Origin: Gemmatimonadota bacterium
GTDB taxonomy: Bacteria; Latescibacterota; UBA2968; UBA8231
Direction of reading: 5' to 3'
Assembly (NCBI GenBank): GCA_038128265.1
Contig: JAYPJE010000040.1
Coordinates: 1-10,184, forward strand
DNA length: 10,184 nt
Shown: in pieces, positions 1 through 8,260 of the stretch
Position numbering within the stretch: the first letter of the stretch is position 1
How the letters are laid out: every line of letters starts with the position of its first letter
The notes under the pieces: generated by a model
Seen by the model: the letters and a program-made list of their open reading frames with translations, nothing else
Told to the model about the DNA's origin: nothing
Databases searched by the model: none
Program-made: the position numbers and the translations under genes

Positions 1-15
1 GTCCCCGTCGCCCGT

Positions 16-846
16 TCAGGGCCAGCGCCAGAGCGCCGCGGCGGTGCCGCCGAGGATCCACGCGCGCTCTTCGGCGCTCAGGTCGATGGCCTCGGCAAAT
101 AGCTCGACCGTTTGGGCATAGCTCGTCTTGGGGCTGTACTGGGCCGTGGGGAAATTGCTGCCAAACAAACAGCGCTGCGGACCAAAGGCATCGACCAATT
201 CACGCACCATCCAATGCGCGTCGGCAAAGGGATAGGCCCGTTGGCTGGCCAGCGGCAGAAAGGTCAGCTTGACATAGACATTGTCGTAGCCGGCCAGCGC
301 GCGCACCGGCGCCGTCGTATTGTCGCTGGGCGCCAGCGATCCCGACACGTAGCCGCAGTGGTCTAGCACAAAGCGCGTCTGGGGAAATTCGCGCACGCGC
401 GCTTCGACCGCGGCGTACTCTTCGTGCGTGGCGTTGACGTCCACCGTCAGATCGAGGTCAGCGGCCGCGCGCCAAAGCGGCGTGCTGATGGGATCGTCGA
501 GGGCCTGCTGGTAAAACAGATGGCGCTGAATGCGCAGACCGCATACGCCCTGTGCCACCAGCTGTTCCAGGGTCTGCGGCGCGTCGGCACTGGCCGGATC
601 GACCAGCGCAGCAACGGCTAACCACGCCTCATTTTCCCGGCGCTGGTCGAGGGCATAGCGATTGTCCCAGCCGTAGAATCCGGTCGAAATGGCCAGCGCG
701 CGCTGCACGCCGGCCGTTTGCATGTGCTGGCGCAGCGCGGCGGCCGAACCCTCAACCTCGGGCCGGTAGCCCGACGCCGGATCGGCCAGCGGGTAGCGCT
801 CGGTATCGAGCGTCATCAGATGGGTATGGCTATCGATAATCTGCAT
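16..846 (-). CDS. Amidohydrolase family protein (Amidohydro_2, COG3618 lactonase-like)
   Basis: 276-aa ORF with N-terminal IIDSHTH (DxHxH), GLRI, VLDHCG, NVYVKLT and C-terminal CLFGSNFP...ILGGTAAALW. These are the usual TIM-barrel amidohydrolase motifs. Confidence 0.9.
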   Translation of the reverse strand: MQIIDSHTHLMTLDTERYPLADPASGYRPEVEGSAAALRQHMQTAGVQRALAISTGFYGWDNRYALDQRRENEAWLAVAALVDPASADAPQTLEQLVAQGVCGLRIQRHLFYQQALDDPISTPLWRAAADLDLTVDVNATHEEYAAVEARVREFPQTRFVLDHCGYVSGSLAPSDNTTAPVRALAGYDNVYVKLTFLPLASQRAYPFADAHWMVRELVDAFGPQRCLFGSNFPTAQYSPKTSYAQTVELFAEAIDLSAEERAWILGGTAAALWRWP

Positions 847-882
847 GGGTAAACCGCATGGTTATATGCGAAACTGCACGCC

Positions 883-1851
883 TCAGTCGATGCGATACAG
901 CGGCGCCTGACCGCGGGCAATGCGCTCGACGTTTTCCGCCGCGCAGGCTGCGCGCTTGCGCGACGTGCCGTCCGTCACCCCGGCAATATGCGGCGTGGCC
1001 ACCACGTTGGGCAACTGATACACCGGCCGTTCCCCGTCGGGCGGTTCCTGCGCATAGGCATCGAGCCCCGCACCGGCGATCCGTCCGTCGATGAGCGCCC
1101 GATAGAGCGCCTCTTCGTCGACCAGCGCACCGCGCGCCACGTTGATCAGGCAGGCCGTCGGCTTCATCTGGGCGAGTCGACGCGCGTCGATTAAATGCCG
1201 CGTCTCTGTGTTCAGATGCAGGTGCAGCGAGAGAAAGTCGCTCTCCCCCAGCACGCGTTCCATATCGTCGGGCGTGCCCACAAAGTCGGGTCCAATCGCC
1301 TCTAATACGTCTGCTTCAATAGGCCGCACGTCGATGGCCATGATCTTCATGCCAAAGGCTTTGGCGCGCACGGCTAGGTCCTGACCGCTAGCGCCCAAGC
1401 CGATGATGCCCAGCGTCCTATCTTCGATCTCCATGCCGAGCGGCTCGTACAGCACGCCGCGCCGGAAATTGGCCGCGCTTTGGCGGTAGCGGCGCGCCAG
1501 CATGAGAATGAACATCATCGCCGTCTCGGCTAGCGCCACGCTGCTAAACTGGCCGGGACAGTTGGCGACGGGAATGCCCTTGGCACGGATGTAGTCGAGG
1601 TCGAAGTGATCAAAGCCGGTGCCGAGGATTTGCCACAGACGCGCCGAGTGCGCCGCGTCCATCATCGGGCGCGTGCCCACGCTGCCGCCCTGGTCGATGA
1701 CTACGTCGACGCCGTCAAACTGCGCTTCGAGCGACCGATGCGCGTCGTAGACGGCCAGCGCGTGGCGATCGCCGATGGCAGCCATCACATCGTCAATCCA
1801 GGGTGAATACACCTTGGGCAGGGGCAGGATCAGTACGTTCAGGCGGCGCAT
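883..1851 (-). CDS. D-isomer-specific 2-hydroxyacid dehydrogenase (NAD-dependent)
   Basis: 322 aa with GTGFDHFD, Rossmann motif GIIGLGASG followed by Asp (AIDVR), and the catalytic Arg/Glu/His in INVARGALVD, LDAYAQEP and TPHIAG. Starts 4 bp after the aldolase stop. Confidence 0.93.
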   Translation of the reverse strand: MRRLNVLILPLPKVYSPWIDDVMAAIGDRHALAVYDAHRSLEAQFDGVDVVIDQGGSVGTRPMMDAAHSARLWQILGTGFDHFDLDYIRAKGIPVANCPGQFSSVALAETAMMFILMLARRYRQSAANFRRGVLYEPLGMEIEDRTLGIIGLGASGQDLAVRAKAFGMKIMAIDVRPIEADVLEAIGPDFVGTPDDMERVLGESDFLSLHLHLNTETRHLIDARRLAQMKPTACLINVARGALVDEEALYRALIDGRIAGAGLDAYAQEPPDGERPVYQLPNVVATPHIAGVTDGTSRKRAACAAENVERIARGQAPLYRID

Positions 1852-1855
1852 GCCA

Positions 1856-2632
1856 TCAGTCCTTCAACGGGGCGAAGTTGGCCACGGCGCGACGGCAGGC
1901 CTCCATCAGGTAGGACTCATCGCCGCCGACCAGCAGCAGCGGCCCGCACTGTTCGACCTGCTGCCGCACGTGCGCACGGTCGTCCAGCGGCCCCGTGACG
2001 GGCAGGCCGCCGGGCTTGCCGGTGCGCTGCGCGGCAGCGCGCACGCGCGCGAGCGCCGCCCGATAGTCGGGATGATCCATCTGGAACGGTATGCCGAGCG
2101 CGATGCATAAATCGACCGGCCCAACGATGCAGCCGTCCACTCCATCTACGTCCATGATGGCGTCGATGTGGTCGATGGCCTCGACCGTTTCTATGATCGG
2201 AAAAAACAGCACGCAGTCGTCGATCTGCTGCGTATAGGCATCCGCAAAGAGGCCGTATCCAGCGGCCCGATGTGGACCCCAGCCGCGCGTGCCGCGCGGC
2301 GGATAGCGGCAGGCCGCCGCCCCGATGCGCGCCTCTTCCGGCGTGCTGATAAACGGCACGGCAATGCCCATGGCCCCCATGTCCAAATACAGCTTGATCA
2401 AATCGGGATCGTTTTTGGCCGCGCGCACAATGGGCGTAGCGGCAGTGCAGCCAACGGCCTGCAGCTGGGCCTGAACGGCCGTGGGCGTCTGCGGTGCGTG
2501 CTCCGTGTCGATCAGCACCCAGTCAAAGCCGGCCAAACCGGCCAGTTCGGCAATGGCCGGCGCGCCAAAGCGCAGCTGTATGCCCAGCGCCGGCTCGCCG
2601 TTTTGCAAGCGCATCTTGAGTCGATTCTCCAC
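1856..2632 (-). CDS. HpcH/HpaI-family class II pyruvate aldolase (GarL/RhmA-like)
   Basis: 258 aa with GFDWVLIDTEH, PIVR, YPPRGTRG, IIET and GPVDL motifs. The GTG start is preceded by a GGAGA Shine-Dalgarno-like sequence. Confidence 0.92.
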   Translation of the reverse strand: MENRLKMRLQNGEPALGIQLRFGAPAIAELAGLAGFDWVLIDTEHAPQTPTAVQAQLQAVGCTAATPIVRAAKNDPDLIKLYLDMGAMGIAVPFISTPEEARIGAAACRYPPRGTRGWGPHRAAGYGLFADAYTQQIDDCVLFFPIIETVEAIDHIDAIMDVDGVDGCIVGPVDLCIALGIPFQMDHPDYRAALARVRAAAQRTGKPGGLPVTGPLDDRAHVRQQVEQCGPLLLVGGDESYLMEACRRAVANFAPLKD

Positions 2633-2671
2633 TATAGTCTCCGGGTGAAAACGATGTAAACGCGCGGCTCG

Positions 2672-3496
2672 CTAGGCGTCGGCCGCTTCCCAGCAGCCTT
2701 CGCTGTAGGGCGCGCGCCGAAAGAGCTTCTGCCGATACGGGCTAGCGCCCTCTAACCACGCCGGCGGGATCGCCTGCGTGTAGCGGTGCGGCGGACCGGC
2801 CTCCTTAAAGATGTCGATAGTGAAGATGCGGTGGGCCTGGGGCGAATCGGCCGGCTTGGCCTCGACGGCGTGAAAGATGCGCGCGTTGATATAGACCATG
2901 CTGCCGGGCGGCACCTCCAACCGCACTTCGCGCAGCGGACGTCCCGCTTCCTCATCGTAAACGCCGGCCAGCATTTTTTCCGGCGTCACTTCCCTGGAAG
3001 GGGCCAGGCGATGGCTGCCGGGAATCACGCTGAGATTGCGGTCGCCGCGGCTAAACCCGTTGGGATAGTAGAGAATCTGGATGTAGTACTTGTCGCGCTC
3101 GGCCAGGTTGATGGGGTGGGCGTGATTCCAGTGGTGGTGGTCCTGATGGTAGGGAATTGGCCCCACGCCGCGCGGTGCCAGATTGAGCGCCGAATGGCAA
3201 AAGTGATAGTCGGAACCAATGGTTGCCCGCAGCAGCGATTCGATAAAGGGATCGTCTATAAGGCGGTGGCCTACGGGGCCGCGCGCGTCCCACGGCCGCA
3301 CAAAGTAGGCCTGCGGTGCGGCGTCGGGCCGTGCCGTCTCCAGGTACTGGCGCACTGCGCTGCTGTGCAGGATCTCGTCGATCAGCGCCTGCCGCGCCGC
3401 GTCCTGCAGCACGTCGGGAAAGAAGATGTAGCCGTCGCGGTGAAATGCTTCGACGTCGGCCGCCGCGGGCCGTGCAATGCGGAAGAGCGAATCCAC
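2672..3496 (-). CDS. Phytanoyl-CoA dioxygenase (PhyH) family Fe(II)/2-oxoglutarate oxygenase
   Basis: 274 aa with N-terminal FHRDGYI, iron-binding HxD in YHQD, LSVIPGSH, and PPGSMVYINARIFHA carrying the distal His. GTG start. Confidence 0.88.
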   Translation of the reverse strand: MDSLFRIARPAAADVEAFHRDGYIFFPDVLQDAARQALIDEILHSSAVRQYLETARPDAAPQAYFVRPWDARGPVGHRLIDDPFIESLLRATIGSDYHFCHSALNLAPRGVGPIPYHQDHHHWNHAHPINLAERDKYYIQILYYPNGFSRGDRNLSVIPGSHRLAPSREVTPEKMLAGVYDEEAGRPLREVRLEVPPGSMVYINARIFHAVEAKPADSPQAHRIFTIDIFKEAGPPHRYTQAIPPAWLEGASPYRQKLFRRAPYSEGCWEAADA

Positions 3497-3527
3497 TGCG
3501 GAAGCGTGTATCGTTGCCGGCCAGCGG

Positions 3528-4640
3528 CTATTTGGGCGGCGGACCGAGGTGGGTGCAGGCGACGCTCACCTTTTTCAGCGCGATGAAACCCGACTTATCG
3601 TCCTCGTAGAGACCGGCTTCTAACAGCGCGGCGTAGATGCCATCTACTGCGCCCTGTCCAACGATGAGCTCCGCCGTCTCGCGCGCCGGCGAAACCGCGC
3701 CCAATTCACCGTCAAAGCGCGCATAGCTCTGCTTGGAGATCGTCGCACCGGCCGCGCCGGAGGCCATCGCCGCAATTACTAGATCGCTGGCATGGCCTTC
3801 GTTGCACACCAGTATCATGCACACCAAGTCGTTTAGGTAGCGGTAGCCCTGGCTCTCCTCGCTCAGCGCGCGCCGGCGCCAGTCCGAAGACCCCTGCATG
3901 GTGTCGACGGCGGCAATCAGCTGCTCCATGCTGGCCGAGTGCTGCTGGCCGCGCACGACCATATTGTTGATTATGCCGCGCGTGTCGGGCGACTCGTATA
4001 TGAAACCAGAGCCGATTTCGTTGATGCGCCCAGCCGTTATCAGCGAGGCGAAGATTTCGTCCGACTCCTGATGCGACAGCGTGACGTGGACGATTTCCTT
4101 GGCCGCCGGCACCGTGACGCGAATCAGGCCGAGCTTGTCGCGCAAGCCGGTGCCCTCGCCGGTGGTTACCTGGGGCATCGGCACGCCCAGATCGAGCGCC
4201 GAGCGCGCAATGTGGTTGCCGCGGTCCTGCTGGACGGTGCAGACAATGCTCGATAGATCGTCGCGCAGCGGCACCGGATTGGCGCCGCCAAACGGCGCAA
4301 CCTGCGGCGTATCCCAGGCGGATTCCACGGCAATTTCAACTAAGTCGCACACCGCGCTGCCGCGACCTGGAATCTGCAAACCACAGGCGGCAATAACCGC
4401 CTGCAGCGCGTCTTCCGACGCTTCTACCGGCACGTGAAACACGAGGCGCGTGGCGGGCTCTTCTTCCAACACCAAGCCGGCGCCAATACCCCACAGTCCC
4501 TCGCGGCGACGCAGGACCGTAGCGCGACTGGGCTGGGAGTGGTACTCCTTCACGCCGATCTCCTGCATCTTGGCCAACGCGCGGTCGGCAACGGAGTTAT
4601 AGATCGTACAAGTTAGCTGTGCTGCGCTCTTTTTTTCCAT
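3528..4640 (-). CDS. P-II-like (GlnB-fold) regulator with three tandem P-II-like domains, DUF1538-associated
   Basis: 370 aa in three ~95-aa units (about aa 7-104, 128-222, 271-362). Each ends in a B-loop-like motif (GLQIPGRGSAV, GRINEIGSGFIY, GLYEDDKSGFIA; compare P-II TGxxGDGKIFV). Unit 2 has GEGTG...KEIV and unit 3 has AGAT...RETA. The GGAGAAGG RBS overlaps the DUF1538 stop codon. Confidence 0.72.
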   Translation of the reverse strand: MEKKSAAQLTCTIYNSVADRALAKMQEIGVKEYHSQPSRATVLRRREGLWGIGAGLVLEEEPATRLVFHVPVEASEDALQAVIAACGLQIPGRGSAVCDLVEIAVESAWDTPQVAPFGGANPVPLRDDLSSIVCTVQQDRGNHIARSALDLGVPMPQVTTGEGTGLRDKLGLIRVTVPAAKEIVHVTLSHQESDEIFASLITAGRINEIGSGFIYESPDTRGIINNMVVRGQQHSASMEQLIAAVDTMQGSSDWRRRALSEESQGYRYLNDLVCMILVCNEGHASDLVIAAMASGAAGATISKQSYARFDGELGAVSPARETAELIVGQGAVDGIYAALLEAGLYEDDKSGFIALKKVSVACTHLGPPPK

Positions 4641-4649
4641 GACCTTCTC

Positions 4650-6773
4650 CTAGGCCGCCGTGGCTTCCAGTTCCGCTTTGCGCCGCGCCGTCACATACAT
4701 GCCGACTATCAGCACCGATAGAATCGGGCAGACCGAAGCCAGCGACAAGATCCCAAAACCCTCTATACTGCCCACCTGCGCACTGATGCCCAATCCCATG
4801 GCCAACACCAACGGCACCGTAACCGGACCCGTCGTCACGCCAGCGCTGTCCCAGCCAATATTGACAAAGTCCTCGCTCGACATCACCGTCAGCACCATCA
4901 GCAAAGCATAGGGCGGAACGAGCATCCATATGAGCGGCCAGTTGTAAATGATCTTGGCCACGCCCAGAGCGATGCCGACACCGACGCCAATGGCCACCGC
5001 CTGCATCAATAGCTGCTTTTTAAACGTGCCGACCGTTAACTGTTCTACGGTTGTACCCAGCGCGTTGAGCGCCGGCTCGGCGAGCGTGGCGCTGTACCCC
5101 ATCATAAAGGCAAAGAGAATAACCACGACCACGCCGAGAATACCCTTAAAGAGCGGTCCGCTTATCGGCGTGTACGAATACTGCTGCGTGCGTGCATCAA
5201 AGTTTTCGCTGTGGTAGGGCAGCAGATCGTACCCCTCTTCCGTCTTGCGCGAAAAGATCTCCTGCACATCGCCCTCGTTGGTAATCGACTTGGTGACGAT
5301 CGACGGATCGAAGTTGCGAATAACCTCGTGCTGCTGCGTCATTTCAACAGCCTTGAACGACGTCGGCAGATTCGTGCCTATTTCGCTGCCCAGCCTCGAC
5401 AGGCCTAGCTCAATACCGATGCTGAACAGACTCATGCCAACCACGGCGAAAAAGATGCCCAGCACGAGCTCGTCGGCGCGGCGAATGCGCTCGCGCAGCA
5501 CGGCGACCAGCACGAGGAGCAGAAAGAGGCTGAGCGGGATAATGGCCTGCATAGCACCCAGTCCGTTGCGCTCGAGGAGATCGGCCACGTCGAGCGTATC
5601 GCCCCTGCTCGCGTAGAGCGCTTCGGCCTTTGCGCGGATCGCCTCCTGCGAGCCATAGACGGCCAGGCGCTGGGCATTGGTGCCACTGCTGAGCAGCCAG
5701 CGCGCAAATTCATCGGCGCTGCCAAAGATCGACTCCTGCGCCGCGGCGTCTTTTGACAGCGCGACGATATAGGCGTTTAGTGCCTCGGTATCGCCGTTGA
5801 AAAAAGCCTCGCGCGCCTTCAGGCTGCCGTTGCGCATGACGTATCCCTTAAACTCTTCCTCGCTCCCAAAGAGCGAGACGGCCTGCGCGCGCTGCTTCGC
5901 GCTGCTAAACTCCACGTCGGAGGAGGGATTGGGCACGGACGACAGAAAGTAGAGCCCCAGACCTAGGACGGCTAGGATGGGAAACGCCGATGCCAGGGTC
6001 ACCACGCCAAAACCGCCGGCCGCACCGCCACCGCTGGAAGCCACGCGCGAGATGCCAATGCCCAGCGCCAAGACCAGCGGCACGGTGACCGGTCCGGTCG
6101 TAACGGCTCCGCAGTCCCAGGCCAGGCCGGTCAGGTGCACCAGGTTCGGGTCGAAGTAGGCCCAGATGGAAATCGAACCACCGACGGCGTAGAGCGCGTA
6201 GACAAAGGGCTTTAGCGACCAACCGTAGAGAAAGCGTAGCATGCCGAAGAGCACGGCAATACCCACGCCAATGCCCACCGACCACACCAGCGCATCGGAG
6301 TGCTTGTTGAGTAGTAAGAAGAGCAGCGGAGCGTCCCAAGCGCGCACCGATGACCCGGCCGACTTCAGCACGCCAATAGCCGGCTCGGCAAAGGTCGCAC
6401 CCAGACCGAGTATGAAAGCGAAGATCAGAATGACGGGCAGCACCGTCTTTTGCGGCAGTCGAATGCCGCAAATCTCGCCCAGCGGCATAAGGCCGAAAAA
6501 TAGGCCTTCCATAAAAAAGGCCAATCCCAGCACCACCACGCCAATACCCAGCGCAACGACGAGCGCGTTGGAGATGGGAATGCTGAGGACGATGAGCTGG
6601 AACAAGACGAGGTACGCTACGATAAGCGATACGGTCTTGATCTGCTCGACGACCTTCGATTGGGCGTACGGGCCAATCATCTTTAGCGCTTGGCCAAACG
6701 ATACGCTGACGCGTCCGGACGTTTGCTGTGAAGGCATAAGGCGATCTCGTACTTTCGGATTGCGCGCGGTCAT
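4650..6773 (-). CDS. DUF1538 family polytopic membrane protein with two fused DUF1538 domains (putative transporter)
   Basis: 707 aa, very hydrophobic. The motif set occurs twice: T[FL]AEPA, WD[CS][GA][AG]VTTGPVTVPLVLA[LM]G[IL]G, GFG[VI][VL][TS]LAS..PIL. The start could instead be the ATG at 6737. Confidence 0.85.
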   Translation of the reverse strand: MTARNPKVRDRLMPSQQTSGRVSVSFGQALKMIGPYAQSKVVEQIKTVSLIVAYLVLFQLIVLSIPISNALVVALGIGVVVLGLAFFMEGLFFGLMPLGEICGIRLPQKTVLPVILIFAFILGLGATFAEPAIGVLKSAGSSVRAWDAPLLFLLLNKHSDALVWSVGIGVGIAVLFGMLRFLYGWSLKPFVYALYAVGGSISIWAYFDPNLVHLTGLAWDCGAVTTGPVTVPLVLALGIGISRVASSGGGAAGGFGVVTLASAFPILAVLGLGLYFLSSVPNPSSDVEFSSAKQRAQAVSLFGSEEEFKGYVMRNGSLKAREAFFNGDTEALNAYIVALSKDAAAQESIFGSADEFARWLLSSGTNAQRLAVYGSQEAIRAKAEALYASRGDTLDVADLLERNGLGAMQAIIPLSLFLLLVLVAVLRERIRRADELVLGIFFAVVGMSLFSIGIELGLSRLGSEIGTNLPTSFKAVEMTQQHEVIRNFDPSIVTKSITNEGDVQEIFSRKTEEGYDLLPYHSENFDARTQQYSYTPISGPLFKGILGVVVVILFAFMMGYSATLAEPALNALGTTVEQLTVGTFKKQLLMQAVAIGVGVGIALGVAKIIYNWPLIWMLVPPYALLMVLTVMSSEDFVNIGWDSAGVTTGPVTVPLVLAMGLGISAQVGSIEGFGILSLASVCPILSVLIVGMYVTARRKAELEATAA

Positions 6774-7003
6774 TCGCGTACTACAACGGGCTGATTAGCA
6801 CCTAAGGTAATTGTTATGCAAGCAGATGCATAGAAGAAAATGCCACGTTGCAACCCACCGTTTCAGAGCAATGGTAAACATGTAGTGCGCAGCTAACCAC
6901 GCCAAGCCCGCAGCGTTACTCCGTCTCAAACAATCCCATTAGTGAAGTGCAACGGCTGAGAGTGCGCTTGCTTCCAGGCGGCCTACGCAGCGCTTTCCAT
7001 ACC

Positions 7004-8260
7004 CTACGCAGCAACCACCGGCACTTCATCCCAGCGCGTCGTGTAGCGCGGCGAGCGATTGTGCTGGCGCATGCGCCAGCCTTGGTCCAATCCCTCGCGC
7101 GCATGCTTTAGCGCGTCGTTTCCCCACTCGGCCGTCACTCGATCCAGCGCGCTCATCAGCGCCGCCTTGCCGCCATCGTAGTGCGCGTCCGTAAAGAGAT
7201 TGACCTGCTGTGCGTCGCGCGGCGACAGCTCCGTCAACATAATCCCGCAGCGCCGGTAGGCGTAGCTGGGTCGGTAGAGCTGCCGCATGCACTGGCAGGC
7301 CCAGCCAATGAGCTCGCCCGTGTGGGCCGTCGCCCAGGGCAGCGCGCGGAAGATCGAGTTGGCATAGGCGTATTCGTCGTGGCGACTGGTGGCGACCGAC
7401 ACGCGCATGGCGCCAGCGACGCTGCCCTGCTTGCGCAGCGCCCGCGCGGCGGCGGCGGTGTAGGCGGCGAGCGGTTCGAGCACCTCTTCCAAATCGACGA
7501 TCGCCCGCCCGAACTGCCGCGCCCGCACGATGGCTTTCTTGGGGGACGGCTGCTGTTCCAGCGCAAAGCAGGGCGTCCCGCGCAGTTCCAACACGGTGCG
7601 CAACCCCATAACCGTCATGCGCTGCCGCGCCCACTCATCGTCGACCTGGCTCAGCTGCCACGCATTGGCAATGCCATGCGACGATAGCATGCGCCCATAG
7701 CGGGGACCGATCCCCCACACATCACCCACCGCCACGTCGCTCAGCACGCGGGCCATATCGGCGCGTCCAACCAGGCTGCAGACGCCGGATCCGCGCTTGG
7801 CGATGCGGTTGGCAACCTTGGCCAGCGTCTTGGTCGTGCCCACGCCAACCGATACGGTCAGACCGGTCCACTGACGCACCGTCTGGCGCATCGCATCACC
7901 CAGCGCCACCAGCCCACAGGCGCCGTCGCGCAGCTGCAAAAAGGCCTCATCGATAGAGTAAACCTCCACCTCGTCGGCAAATGTGCGCAGCGTGTCCATC
8001 ACCCGGCGCGACATGTCGCCATACAGCGCGTAGTTAGAGGAAAGGGCCAGGCCACCGCCGCGCTCAAAGGCGTGGCGAATCTTGAAGTAGGGGTCGCCCA
8101 TGCCAATACCCAGCGCCTTGGCCTCCGGCGAACGCGCCACCACGCAGCCGTCGTTGTTGCTCAGCACGACCACGGGACGCGCCCCCAGCTTGGGCTGGAA
8201 AACCCGTTCGCAGGAAGCGTAGAAATTATTGCAGTCTACCAGTGCGAAGACCCCGCTCAT
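7004..8260 (-). CDS. umuC: Y-family DNA polymerase V catalytic subunit UmuC
   Basis: 418 aa starting [18 protein letters not shown], with SNNDGC, SSNY, YSIDEAF, TKTLAK and C-terminal [20 protein letters not shown] (DUF4113-type tail). The ATG at 8260-8258 overlaps the umuD TGA (ATGA). Confidence 0.95.
   Translation of the reverse strand: MSGVFALVDCNNFYASCERVFQPKLGARPVVVLSNNDGCVVARSPEAKALGIGMGDPYFKIRHAFERGGGLALSSNYALYGDMSRRVMDTLRTFADEVEVYSIDEAFLQLRDGACGLVALGDAMRQTVRQWTGLTVSVGVGTTKTLAKVANRIAKRGSGVCSLVGRADMARVLSDVAVGDVWGIGPRYGRMLSSHGIANAWQLSQVDDEWARQRMTVMGLRTVLELRGTPCFALEQQPSPKKAIVRARQFGRAIVDLEEVLEPLAAYTAAAARALRKQGSVAGAMRVSVATSRHDEYAYANSIFRALPWATAHTGELIGWACQCMRQLYRPSYAYRRCGIMLTELSPRDAQQVNLFTDAHYDGGKAALMSALDRVTAEWGNDALKHAREGLDQGWRMRQHNRSPRYTTRWDEVPVVAA

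Noticed and set aside
2786..3586. Long antisense or alternate-frame ORFs (e.g. 2786-3586 +, 5905-6471 -, 6241-6798 +, 7026-7634 -, 8242-8757 +)
   Set aside because: They overlap well-supported genes, have no recognisable motifs, and are expected shadows in high-GC DNA.
4800..6110. DNA similarity between ~4812 and ~6078 as a recent repeat
   Set aside because: It reflects the conserved VTTGPVTVPLVLA motif in the two DUF1538 halves. Synonymous positions differ, indicating an ancient duplication.
6774..7003. Sigma54 promoter or ncRNA upstream of the DUF1538/P-II genes
   Set aside because: The minus-strand TGGC...TGC candidates have GG-to-GC spacings of 11 and 13 rather than the required 10. I could not recognise a riboswitch or a strong stem. 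The region probably holds a promoter, but I cannot place it.
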